A DNA stretch of 62,913 nt, counting the filler, from Rhabdomonas costata (taxonomy: Eukaryota): the NCBI GenBank assembly GCA_019059605.1. It is 34 parts of 34 records of this genome, joined end to end, with 100 filler letters (N's around TTAATTAATTAA, not from the genome) between each part and the next. Parts side by side here need not be neighbours in the genome. Positions count along the whole stretch, not along the records: positions 24,098 to 25,850 come from JAHMHO010009567.1; positions 25,951 to 27,704 come from JAHMHO010009568.1; positions 27,805 to 29,555 come from JAHMHO010009569.1; positions 29,656 to 31,408 come from JAHMHO010009570.1; positions 31,509 to 33,261 come from JAHMHO010009571.1; positions 33,362 to 35,107 come from JAHMHO010009572.1; positions 35,208 to 36,960 come from JAHMHO010009573.1; 27 more parts are not named here. One strand, given 5' to 3'. Of the stretch, positions 24,813-36,200 are shown piece by piece. Both the position numbers and the translations under genes were made by a program. The notes under the pieces are model-generated. The model saw only the letters and a program-made list of their open reading frames with translations. It was not told the origin of the DNA and did not search any database. The first letter of the stretch is position 1; each line of letters starts with the position of its first letter.

Positions 24813-25850
24813 CTATCAGATAAGCGCCTGAGACGACCTCAGACATCGGGTCCGTTGGAAAACCATTGGCGACGAGGTAGTCGTCGCCCAGCCCGCCGTA
24901 GCTCGGGCTCTTGAACTCATTCAGGGCGAGAATCCGGTAGGCGTACGACATCGGGCTCAGGTAAAACACGGGGTAGAGGTAGGCCTTCATTCTCTGACAG
25001 ATGCGAGTAAATCGGGTTCGACCAATGGCTCAGGAAACGTTCGCCAGGAAGGAGCAAAGAGAGAACGCCTTTCCTACGGACCTGAGATTTCCAGACAGGC
25101 GCAAACATAGCGCCGATTTTACACCAATTGACAGACAAGTTTCCCTTTTTTGCAGACGGCCTTCAATACAACGAAGCCTCGTCAGCGTGCAGGGTAAAGA
25201 TGCAGGAGCATCACAGTTAACGAAGGACGGTTCGGCTTTCTGCTTTGCTCGCTGTTATTCGAAAGTTCTAACGCCTCTGGCACTGCAACAAGCAGCACGG
25301 CAACCTGCACCGCCAAAAGGACGTGGAGAAACCCACGAGTAGAGGAGTAAAGTTGACACAACCGGCTGGACACACTACCCTGCGGAAGGTGTGGCGCGAG
25401 AGCGGGAAGGGCCGAGGAAGGGGGAGGGGTGACCGGAAAGGGAATCATGTAGCCTGACATGGAGCTCATCACCAGGATGGAGAATGATGCGATGCCCTGA
25501 GGAAGAAGAGACCGATGTGTTAACGAACCAGTAACAAACACAGCTGACCAAGCCAATCGTTCAGGTTCAGTAAATTAAAGCTAATCAAATGCATTTAACA
25601 CTTCGCATCCGTCCTTCCCTCTGAGGTTCCCAGATGTCTAGAGCGACGGCGGCGAAGGTGGCGTTCTCACGGAGTGCAGCAATACGGAGGATAGGGAAGG
25701 GAGAGAAGCACGTTAACGACATATGACGACTATGCCGACGCTGCCCCAGCACTCCCTCCCAGACCTGAGCCTCAGAGTCGACTTCGCACACGATCCCCAG
25801 AAGCTGGAAGTACGCTGTGTTGGCCACCTCTGCCATGAGCATCACACCGA
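24813..25850 (-). CDS. ABCG/PDR transporter membrane domain, partial, 3 exons
   Basis: Exons 25850-25765, 25496-25434 and 24993 to about 24813, GT-AG. Protein: SSMSGYMIPFP/RMKAYLYPVFYLSPMSYAYRILALNEF, the ABC2 membrane signature SP..Y....L..NEF. Confidence 0.85.
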
Positions 25851-26689
25851 NNNNNNNNNNNNNNNNNNNNNNNNNNNNNNNNNNNNNNNNNNNNTTAATT
25901 AATTAANNNNNNNNNNNNNNNNNNNNNNNNNNNNNNNNNNNNNNNNNNNNGTGTTGGGTGTGGTTGGTGTGGGGTGGGCTTTCTTTCTCTTCTTGATTCA
26001 ACATTGTAGTTTTTAGCTGTAATTGTTGAAATGGGCTGTTATGGGCGACATTGGAGCGTATCTGGCTGCCACAAGCGATACATAAACTGCGCCCTGTGCA
26101 ATTGGCTAACTCCGAAGACTTGTCTGGAGTTGGGGGGGGAGGGGAATGGTGGCGGACTGGTGGCGGAATGCGCTGCACTTTGGTTTACTTTGCACCGCAC
26201 TCCCCTGAACTGTCCCGTGAGCGCTCATTTGCGCCAGTGCAGTCCAGCGAAGAGAGATGGCGGTTTGCATGCCAAGGCGGCCCGTCCCCTGTTTTCGCTT
26301 TTTCAGTTGCCAGGCACCCTACAACACCCACCCACACACACACATCCGCACCCACGCACGCAACGCACGCACGCACCCGCGAACCATTCCATTGATATGG
26401 GGAAAGTTCTTGATAGAGGAGTCCCCGGTGGCAGTGCCCAACCACCTTCCTTGCCCGCTCCATGCACATATGCATGCGATTAGGGTCGCCACATTTTCCG
26501 ACGGTTGTAACACCCGCCATCATTGTCATGCATCCTGCTGCGCACGCAAACCGGGCTTGGGTCATACCCCCGGGTCACCAGCGCACAAGACAAGGGAGGA
26601 CCGGAGGACTAAGGCTGCAGCAGCCTCATCTCAGTAAGGCAGGCGCAGCACGGTGAGTTCCATTGGTGGTGGTGGGGTATACCGTACAG

Positions 26690-27704
26690 CCGAGAACGTT
26701 GTGCTGTCCGCGGACCTCCGAGTGGCGAAGCTGCGCCACGCTTATGTGGGGGAGCTACAGGGCTCAGAGGATCCCACCCTAACTCGGCCTTGGGTGTACT
26801 GGAGGCCCCCGGAGGCGTTACACACGCCGGCAGCGTCGAGCAAGTCCGGCGGTGCTGCCTCTGGAGGTGATGGGGCAACATTTTCAGCGATGGTGAAGGC
26901 CGACACCTGGGCTCTGGGCTGCACCGTGGTGGAAATGGTAAATAGGAAACGGCTGGTGCTTTCGTCGTGCGGGGGGCTCTCTCTTTTGGAATACGAACGA
27001 GAGAGAACGCTAAAGAGGCAAGCGAGGTCCTTTCCTGTCCGTTTCTCCGACTTTGCGGGACGCATAGAGATGGCAGGAGACTTTGGATCCTGTTCTCCTG
27101 CTGACATTCAAATCCACGGCAGGGCGGCGGGTCGCCTTCGGCAGTGTTCTCTCTGCTCTGTAATCGGTACCCTCGCTGCGAATTGTAAGTGTATTTCCCC
27201 CTTCTCTGTGAAAACGCAACCAGGTCACCGGGAAGCACCCATGGACCGAGGTGAGGTGCCCCTTGGCGGCCGCCGCTCAGATCAGTCAGTGGGGCGGGCG
27301 CCCCCCGGGGCTTCCATTTGGGCTGCCGCACCGGCTGCTGGGGTTCCTGCGCCGCTGCCTGACCAAGGTGTGCATCTGGCGTGCCCATGGTTACCCCCAC
27401 CCCACCCCACCTCCGCTCGCGCTTTCTCTTTTTGCTTGTGCATCGCTTTTCTCAGATGCATTCCCCGATCCTGCGCTGCTTTCTTTCCTTGGAAGCAATT
27501 GGTCATTTATTATTTTGTTTTTTGGGCTTTTGCCTAGTGGGGGGTTACGGGGCAACAGGCTTCGGAGCGGCCTGCGGCGAAGGAGCTTTTGGCGGAGCCC
27601 TTCCTGCTCCCCGATGTGGACTACGAGGCCCACCGGCGGTGTGGCCCAGGGCACCCCCCGGCGGCGTTCTGGATGGGCCCCCGCACGGCGGGGTTTGCGG
27701 TGGT
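26690..27704 (+). CDS. STE11/MEKK-like kinase-fold protein lacking DFG (probable pseudokinase), partial, 3 exons
   Basis: Exons 26690-26937, 27224-27367 and 27559 onward. Protein: ENVVLS..VAKLRHAY, YWRPPEAL, KADTWALGCTVVEM/VTGKHPWTE...FLRRCLTK/ASERPAAKELLAEPFL (subdomains VIb-XI). Confidence 0.8.
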
Positions 27705-29788
27705 NNNNNNNNNNNNNNNNNNNNNNNNNNNNNNNNNNNNNNNNNNNNTTAATTAATTAANNNNNNNNNNNNNNNNNNNNNNNNNNNNNNNNNNNNNNNN
27801 NNNNGGTGTGTGGTGCATATCCATATCGCATACCCAAGCAGCCCGGCCTATGCACAAACGTAACCGAGAGACGTGATGATGCCCGATGCTGCTGCTCAAA
27901 GTCCAGTCTTTTTATTTTTTTTGGGGGGCGGGGGTGAATTCGACGCAATGCAAACCCTGTTCGGTTACAGCACACACCTCGTTTCGCCAGGTGCTTAAAT
28001 AAACGAAAACCAGAAGAGGGCCTTACGCGGGTGGTGGGTGAGAAAGCCGCTCAGAGATTAGAAGTTACTGCGTGCGCAAGCGCAAGCGCAAGCAGCCCAG
28101 TTGAAAAGGATGCAAAGGCAAGCACACCGGGAAAGCACACCTGAGAAGCACGACAGCGAAAGCAGGGACATGTATTCAACACCCCAAAGGGGGCCAGGAA
28201 AATGTCTCTCCGTTTCCAAAACAAAGACCGACTTTGCACACACACCAGCCTCCCCTCCTGCAACCTCTCGCGAGTATGAACTCGGGAGCCAGCACCGAAT
28301 TAGGTTCGGAAAACGAGAAGAAAAAGAAAGAAAAGCTGTGGATCAATCAGACAGTGAACACACTTTCAGCCTCACAGCCAGCCAGTTAACAAGCTCTGGA
28401 AGAGGAAGAGGAATCAGGTGCTCAGAAGGAGCTTGGATGGTGGGGATCTGTACAGCAAGCATCCTTAAGAACTAATGCGGATTGTCAGGGATAGCTGACA
28501 GGTTGTTAACCTAACAGAGTGCGGGGTCGAGGTGCCGGGGAGAGATTGGATTTCTTCCTCACCCCACATGCCAAGGAAGCCGAGGAGGCCGAGGAAGAAG
28601 GGTGGGGCATACAGATGGAGGTGCCATCTCTGGCAGCACTGGTATACCCGCCCACCCCTCGGAAAAAGAGGATCAAAAGAAGAAAGAAGCAAAACAAGCC
28701 GGAAAGGAAAGGATACAGGGTGGGGCAAAAAACGAGACACATCCGAGCTACTGATTGCAAATAGTAACGGTGCCCGGAGAGGATATCACCACTAATGTTG
28801 CACAGCTCCATTAGGAGCAGTGGGAAGAAAAGAACATGACAGAACCGCCCAGAGAAGCTGCGCTGGTCGAACACCTCCCAACCCCCGCACAGTGCGTTTA
28901 AGCGAAGGACTACCGACGCCAGTACTTCCACTTCGCTCCGCAAGTTTGGCAGCTGAAGTAGTCATAGCCCTGAGAACACACCCCAGCTCAACCACACAGA
29001 GAGCCTCCCGCCCGTTCAGCTCTGCAACCAAATGTGAGAGGCGAGGACAATCGTCCTTGCCACCATCCAAAACCAAAGCGCAAAGGACCGTCGCGATGGA
29101 CACCCGCGCAGGTTTTCGATCTGAGCTCCGAGCATTAGGTTATGAAATAACCTTCTTTCCCCCAGGAGGATACTACGATATTGCCATACGATATTGCCAG
29201 TCTTGCCCCGTGTTGTCCTCTCATTGTTAATTTTCATTTCTGTGTTTCCCCCCGCTGATTTTCAGCTGCGCACCTCTTCCTTTTGCACACATGATGCCCG
29301 TCCGCGTCCCTTCCTGCGGGCCAATCACTCCACCAACATTTCCTGTTCGAATCCCCTCTTTCCTCTGCTTCCTTTGCTGGACTGTATATTCACCCTTTTC
29401 GGCTTTCCCCTTCCCTTGCCTTGCTGAGGTTGCTTTTTGTTCCGGACACTGGACGCATACGTAAGCAATTAGCAATAGGGACGTCCTTTCCCGGACTCCC
29501 AGCAGAACAATCACTGACAGCGAATGCAGAAACACACCCGCTTCCCACAAACCCCNNNNNNNNNNNNNNNNNNNNNNNNNNNNNNNNNNNNNNNNNNNNT
29601 TAATTAATTAANNNNNNNNNNNNNNNNNNNNNNNNNNNNNNNNNNNNNNNNNNNNTGCGGTTGTACACATCCCCGCCTGTTCTTTGATTTTCAGTTCTTT
29701 CTCGTATCACTGTTATGGGTGGAAGGGAGGTAAGTAAGGCTTTCTGTCCTAAACACTGAGCGCACGCACATGTACTTATATAAGAATG

Positions 29789-29872
29789 GATGCGATGCGA
29801 TGCGATGCGATGCGATGCGATGCGATGCGATGCGATGCGATGCGATGCGATGCGATGCGATGCGATGCGATG
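29789..29872. repeat. (GATGC)n microsatellite, about 17 units
   Basis: Read directly from the sequence. Confidence 0.97.
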
Positions 29873-30323
29873 TGGTTGGTTTAATTGGCGAGCCCAAAGT
29901 TTGAACCCATTACTGAGTGGCATCTCCCTCCGGGTCGCTTTTTTTCATCTTTTGTTGGTTCTAGCGCTGAGCTGAAGGCGAGAGTACTCTTTCCGAGTAT
30001 GCCCAATAAATTACAGCACGAAGAGATCTGGTGGTCGGAGGGTTTTGGCGAGATGAGATGGAGTTAATAAAACCCGAAACAAAAAAGCAGAAATTAGTTG
30101 AAAAAAGCGTTGATGCTTGTGTTTGCCATTCAAATGAAGCTTGTGCCAGTGCACAGCATTGCATACCCGGAATGAGACGGCTTTCTCCCCCGAACTCTCA
30201 GTCGGCCCAGAACACGCCCGAGGGTTGCTTCTCTACCAAGCGGTCGTCGTACTGCGGGGCAATGATCATGAGAGAAGGTCACCAAAAAGACGTCTACACG
30301 GGGCACGGGCTTCCTCTCCTCAG

Positions 30324-30648
30324 GGCACTTTGGGTTCATTGTGTTTGCCCCGATCACGCTGATCACCCTGATGGCGCTGTCCTCGCTGTTCATCGACACC
30401 TCGGTGATGCCCGCTCGGGTTGCCCTGGAGATCACTAGCATGCTCAGCTTGGTGGCCCTGACCTTCCCCATGACCGCGGACCTTCCCGTGACCCCGTACG
30501 AGAACTACGTCACAATGTACAACGCGATCAGCACATACTTCATCTTCGCCACGATCATGGCCACGGTGCTTGTGCACTTCCTTCGGAGGATGCACGAGCT
30601 GAGGGGGAAGAGCGCGAAGCCCGCTCCTGCCGCCCCCGCTTCCTCTGG
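30324..30648 (+). CDS. Pentameric ligand-gated ion channel (Cys-loop/Pro-loop family) M1-M3 exon
   Basis: M1 FAPITLITLMALSSLFI, M2 PARVALEITSMLSLVAL, M2-M3 loop LPVTPY and M3 TYFIFATIMATVLVHFL. Compare GABA/glycine receptors: P..L.V.LSW.SFWI, PARV.LGITTVLT, LP.VSY. Pyrimidine tract and CAG acceptor at 30323. Confidence 0.8.
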
Positions 30649-32472
30649 GTTGGTGTGGGTTAGTGGATTTTTCTATCTGGTTGGCGAGTGTTTCATTCCG
30701 AATGCAGAAAACCTGCAAGCAGTTTAGGAGCTGAGCAGAAAAAACGCTGGCACCCTAACCCTTAGGGTACTCCTCGAGGGCAACGGGCTATCACTTCTAA
30801 AGTTTGCGTTTCTGGCTGCTGCCAAAGTTCCGCAAATCTCCCCCTCCCCCCTTCCCCGCAAGCGAACACACCTATCTACGCTTAGCGGTGTCTATACAGG
30901 TACGAAAACGCTGCAAAGGTTTTGTGTGGTTGTGCAGGATGGTCGCGCGAGTAATAAATGCTGCTGGGCCGCCCAATAGGCCGAGTGCCGTCCCTGAGAT
31001 AGAGTTCAGGGGAGGTTCATGGAACGCAAGCAGAAACATGGCACGCGTCTTGTCAAAAGTGACAGTTACAGCCAAAACGATATTTCTGCTGAAACTGACC
31101 ACGGAACCTCCAGGCGAGATGTGATAACACTCATAAGGTCGTTTTAGTGTCTGAAAAGGGCTGATAAATTTCTGAGTCACCCCCTGAAATTGTGAATGAG
31201 AGAAAACCATGTCACTATCTAGCCTTCTCAGTGTACAACCTTTAACAGACAGCCGGCAAATTTTTCATAGGAAATATTGCCTGTAAGGTAAAAACGCCTC
31301 CTTTAGAGCACATCTCAAAAACTCTCACTTTTAAGGTGGCGCGGACAATATTATTCAAACGACGTCATTTTTGCTTTCGCGAAGAATGGCGCGTATCGAA
31401 CAACCACANNNNNNNNNNNNNNNNNNNNNNNNNNNNNNNNNNNNNNNNNNNNTTAATTAATTAANNNNNNNNNNNNNNNNNNNNNNNNNNNNNNNNNNNN
31501 NNNNNNNNGGGGTTTGTGTTGGCACCTCCAGTCGCTACTGGAGGTGCCAACACAAGCACTGAAGCAAACATTTCTGAGACGCAGGCAGGGTCAAACGCCG
31601 TGCCCGTTGTACTGGTTGTTTATTCTCCTCCAGACAATCGGCGAATCTTGGGAATCTTTTGAAGGGGCACCGTGAGGGCAAAAAAGCGTGGCGTTGGTCA
31701 GCATGATGACTTCTAGTGCTCATCAAGAGGTCTTGCAGGAAGGTGGATTTTCCACGCGCGGCATCGAAAGGTTCGATGGGTCAAAGCGTTCTTGAGCCCA
31801 ACATAAACAGAGAATGAGGGGGAGGGGTATGGCACCTTTTTTGTGGACCCGTAACAACCCAGCTTTGCCCGTAACCTCTACCTACCATTTCCGGCCCTTT
31901 AAGCAAATAATCTGTCCACGGGAGGAGAAGCGCCAGAAATGATCCATGGGGGTAGGGTCAAAGCTCTCCTGGCACAATTTTTCTGATGAAGAAAGGCCCC
32001 AAACGCTGCCGATGGAGAGTTTTCGGTAAGGAACCACGAAGAAAGTGTGATGTTGTTAGAAGGTAAGTTACCGAAAACTCAAAAATTGGTATCTGACAGT
32101 TTCCATTCGCAGTGCTCAGGGTGGTGTTGCTGCATTTTTTCGCACATTCCCAGAGACACTTGGCGCTTTTCGAAGCCAGTCCGTTAAACCATACTGAAAT
32201 CAATTTGTGTATCTCAACACATGAAAAATCGATTTTTTTTTTGAAAAACCCAGCTCTTTCTTTTCGCAACAAATCGATATTCTTAAGATTCTTCAAGTTT
32301 CGGTAAGAAGGGGTAGTCAATCCCCCTTTGCTCTGCTCAGCCCCTCTGAGGTTTATCTGTAAAAAATTATATCAATCACAATTAAAAATACTTTTGCAAC
32401 CATTTGTTTTGCAACAGTGAGAAAGAAATCTCTGAACCCTTTCTGTCATTCCCTCAATCCCTTCGCGCACAC

Positions 32473-32532
32473 CTCTCCGGTCCGGGTGACCAGGATGTTT
32501 GCCGGCTTGAGATCGCGGTGAACCACATTGCA
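32473..32532 (-). CDS. Protein kinase catalytic-loop micro-exon
   Basis: 60-nt exon reading CNVVHRDLKPANILVTRTGE between a TTTCTCTCAG acceptor and a GAG/GT donor. Confidence 0.88.
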
Positions 32533-33452
32533 CTGAGAGAAACAAGGAGAACTTATACCAAAGGAAGAAAACACGCACATAAACCGTTGTTGGCACACCG
32601 GCAGACACTCACTGGTGCGGCGGGGGGGGGGGGCATGGACGAATGCGCCGCTCTAGAGCTCGTCCGAACATTATTATACCCAGGCTATGTCAACATCACC
32701 AACACACACCAGGACAGCTGACACCCATGAGGAAACTCGAAAGGACCCTCCCCAGAACCGTGAAACAGAGGAAAAACGACTATTTTTAGGGTCATTCTTC
32801 TCAAAAGTTCCTCATGCACAAAAAGGTTCACGTACTAGAGCAGAGAAAGGAAGGGATCGGCCGAGGGAGGGAGGTTTCGAGCTCAAACAGAGAAAACATA
32901 GCAATTCTGCAAAGAGGCGACGCTCCCTAACTCCCGGAAGTCAACACACCTTGCATCGCTCCCTAACCCCCTCCCAAAAATTAGTCCTATTCTTGGGCCT
33001 GTTTAGTAAAGGGCTGCCAATTAAAGTTTCCGCTGGGAATCAATGTTGCCCTGAAACAAGGTTTTTTCAATTCGGGAGTTGGGTCAACTGTGCCGGTTCG
33101 AGGCTGAAACGCGACCCCCCTCCCCCGTGAACCAGTTTTAGCTTAACCCCACTGTGCCCTCACACCCTCAGAAAATGTTGATTTAGCCTCAGGGGACAAA
33201 CAGGCGAACCCAGGTACCGCCGATTCCGGGCACCTCCCCGAAATTCCACTTCACAAAAAACNNNNNNNNNNNNNNNNNNNNNNNNNNNNNNNNNNNNNNN
33301 NNNNNTTAATTAATTAANNNNNNNNNNNNNNNNNNNNNNNNNNNNNNNNNNNNNNNNNNNNGGTTTTTGTGTGTGTGTGTGTGTGTGCGCGCGCGCAAGT
33401 GCCAAAGGTAGCAGATGGAGAGGGGAAGAGCGGGTGCAGCTGAGAGATATGC

Positions 33453-33539
33453 CTGGCAGAGTTTGCACCCCTGCGCTTCCCCACAGCCGTGGCACACAGG
33501 GCAGGGTGCCTCCACTGCCTCCTCGGCACTCCACGGAGC
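33453..33539 (-). CDS. Exon with DnaJ-type CxxCxGxG zinc-finger motif
   Basis: After a CAG acceptor the frame reads APWSAEEAVEAPCPVCHGCGEAQGCKLCQ; the likely donor is CAG/GC. Confidence 0.45.
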
Positions 33540-35679
33540 CTGCATCACAACACAGACCTGGCCAGTGCGCGTGAGTGCACTTCTGAATTTGGTTGTTTTA
33601 TAAATATGCAAACTTTGCAACCTCTCGATTTACGGTGTACCCTGCTATAGTGAGTTATAAAGAAGAAAGAGCATGTGAAGGACTGGTGCAGCCATGACAA
33701 TAGCTGTGCCTCTGTCCGTCGAACTCGATATGCTTCGACTGGTCTCAACAGTGGAAGCGAGCCCGTTCAGTTTCGCGTCAGCAAAGGTGTGCCGTCTTCG
33801 TTGCAGAGTCGGGTAAAGGGGTGCAAGCAAACCGCCGGCAGCCCAAAACAGCACACGAAGTCATTGTCTACCACCCAGCAAACTGCTGGCGGAGATGTTT
33901 CATTGAGGGGTGTTGTTCATTTCCCGCCCTATCCAAAGTGCAAGCGGTCTGATGGCTCTCGGCTTTAGCAGTGTTGAGGTCGAAAGGTGAAGGTAAACGC
34001 CCTCTCCCATATTTCAAGTAGGAGGCAACACAACCACCCATTTCCGGAAAACCCACAATACTATCCCAACGGAGGAAGGAAAGGATCCCCATTTGTACTG
34101 CAAAGATCAACAGAAGCAGATGGCATGCCCCCCTAAAGCACGGCACCACCCTCTCCCATCTCCACAGCGATTTCTCAACTGAGGACTGCGTCTGTTTTGG
34201 GTGTGTCGGGAAGATTGGCGGTGCGAGGCATTTTTTTGTGGGGGGGGGGGATTTCACGTTATTAAACGACGGTTAGGATACTGGAAGTTTTTTATTGGGG
34301 TACGTTTCCTGTGTATTTCTGGTTTGCTTGAGAGCTGATTTTGGTGATTTTGACCAGGAAAGGCGATAAACGGTTCCCAGGAGATGACACACTAAGGACA
34401 AGACAAACATATTTTGGTGGCAAAGGCCAGCGCCCCGGGGGTCGCCGAAGCCCCCCCCCCCCCCAAAAAAAAACAAATGCATCGGACCCAAGGTTTGCAA
34501 CACACCACAGAGAGTGCTGGAGCGGAGGACGGCCGCAGAGCGTGGTGCTCACTGAGGGACTCGTGGCTGCATTGGCACCCCATAGCTGTGGGTCTATGAG
34601 AGAGCGCAAAAATAATATATAAAAAGAAAATGGCGCTAGTCCTTTGCTTGCCCCAGTTACAATGACTGCGGCCAAAAAGACAAGGGCTGGAGCAACTCTC
34701 ACTAAGGTGCAACAGAAGTTGGGGGGGAGGGGGTCCGGCCATCTCTCCGCCGTTGGCGAGTCCTTAGTCAGCACTAGTTTTCATCTGCTACGCAAGAACA
34801 ATCATCTAGGGGGCCCTGGCCAAGCTCACCTAACCCCCCTTACACAAAATAAAGTCATTTCGAGGGTGCTGGAATATTTTACGCGACAAATTTAAGTTAA
34901 ATTAAGAACACTTTTAAGCCAGTTTTCTGTTACCACTCCCATCCCCCCCCCAAAAAAAAACTTCCATTGGGCCCTCACAAAGCACAGTAGCGCAAACCGA
35001 TGGCACGTACCTTTGGGTGCGCTGAGTGCGGGCCACGACGGGGTGCACTCCTTAGGCTTTGGACAGGTCAGAATAGACAAGCCACCCCTCTCCCCCCACC
35101 CCCACACNNNNNNNNNNNNNNNNNNNNNNNNNNNNNNNNNNNNNNNNNNNNTTAATTAATTAANNNNNNNNNNNNNNNNNNNNNNNNNNNNNNNNNNNNN
35201 NNNNNNNGGTTGTTGTTGTTGGAATCAAAAGGTTTTGTGCCGCCCTTTTTTTCTTTCCAAACCTTTCCCATGAGTGCATTTCGTTGTTGTGTGTGTGGTG
35301 GGGGTAGGGGGTCGGGCGTCTTGCGCGGGCTGCTGCCGGATTGGTTTAATCGTTACCCCAACGCAGCTCTTATTTTCTTTGTCATCGTGCCCCCATACTA
35401 CTGGCTATTGACCGAACGGCAGCATCCACGTAACAAACCTTTCCGGCCCTACGAAACCGAGTAGTTATAAAAATGTGTGAGGGCAGGATCAATAACAGAC
35501 AAACTCTCAAGGAATGGTGCAACTTTAGGAACGAAAACTCGACAAGGGTGTTCCCCAACCCACGGGTACAGGGGAAAGCTTCTGGTATGGGTGCAGGATA
35601 AGAAAACGGGAAACACATTCTATTCAGCGTAGTATGCTGCAGTGCTGGAATGAAATCTACTGTGTTATGAAACCTTTCG

Positions 35680-36200
35680 AAGGACCACAGTGCAAATCCG
35701 CAATGGTGGTCGTTGTGAAAATACAGTGCAGGTGATCGGCTGCGGTGCGGATTATGGGATGCTTGGAGCGCGTTTCTGCGGCCGTGGAGATCTGCGGGGG
35801 GTAAGCGGGGTAAGGACACATTAGCCCAACAAAACCACTCGTAACGATACTCAACAAAACCACTCGCCCACCGAGCTCGCTTTTCGTAGAATACTCCACC
35901 ACACAGCCGTCCACGAACCGGAACAGCCGCCCCTGGGAGGGGCAAGAACACCCAACAGTGCTGGGCGCACATTTAACGTTGTAGGGGGCATTTCACTTGT
36001 GATGGAATTTTTCAATTCATGGAAAAAGCGTGTGCGCGTAACTGGCGCCAGTTGAAGCCAGAAGGGACCAACAACCTAAAAATGATTAAAGATGTAGGGT
36101 GAGGGCCGAAATGCTATCTGACGATAATTGGTCACCATCTGCGTTTTGTGGTCGGAATTTCGGCAGAGACTTATGGGTGTGGATGGTGCCAGAAGGATGC
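35680..36200 (-). mobile_element. Possible highly decayed non-LTR reverse transcriptase
   Basis: Ordered weak motifs across frames: NYRQIA (NYRPIs), QH..VFLP.PG (QhGF.PG) and FERFHNTVD (DfeKAFDtV). Confidence 0.25.

Noticed and set aside
30752-30768. CCCTAACCCTTAGGGT as a telomere
   Set aside because: Only about two units, internal to the contig, with no array.
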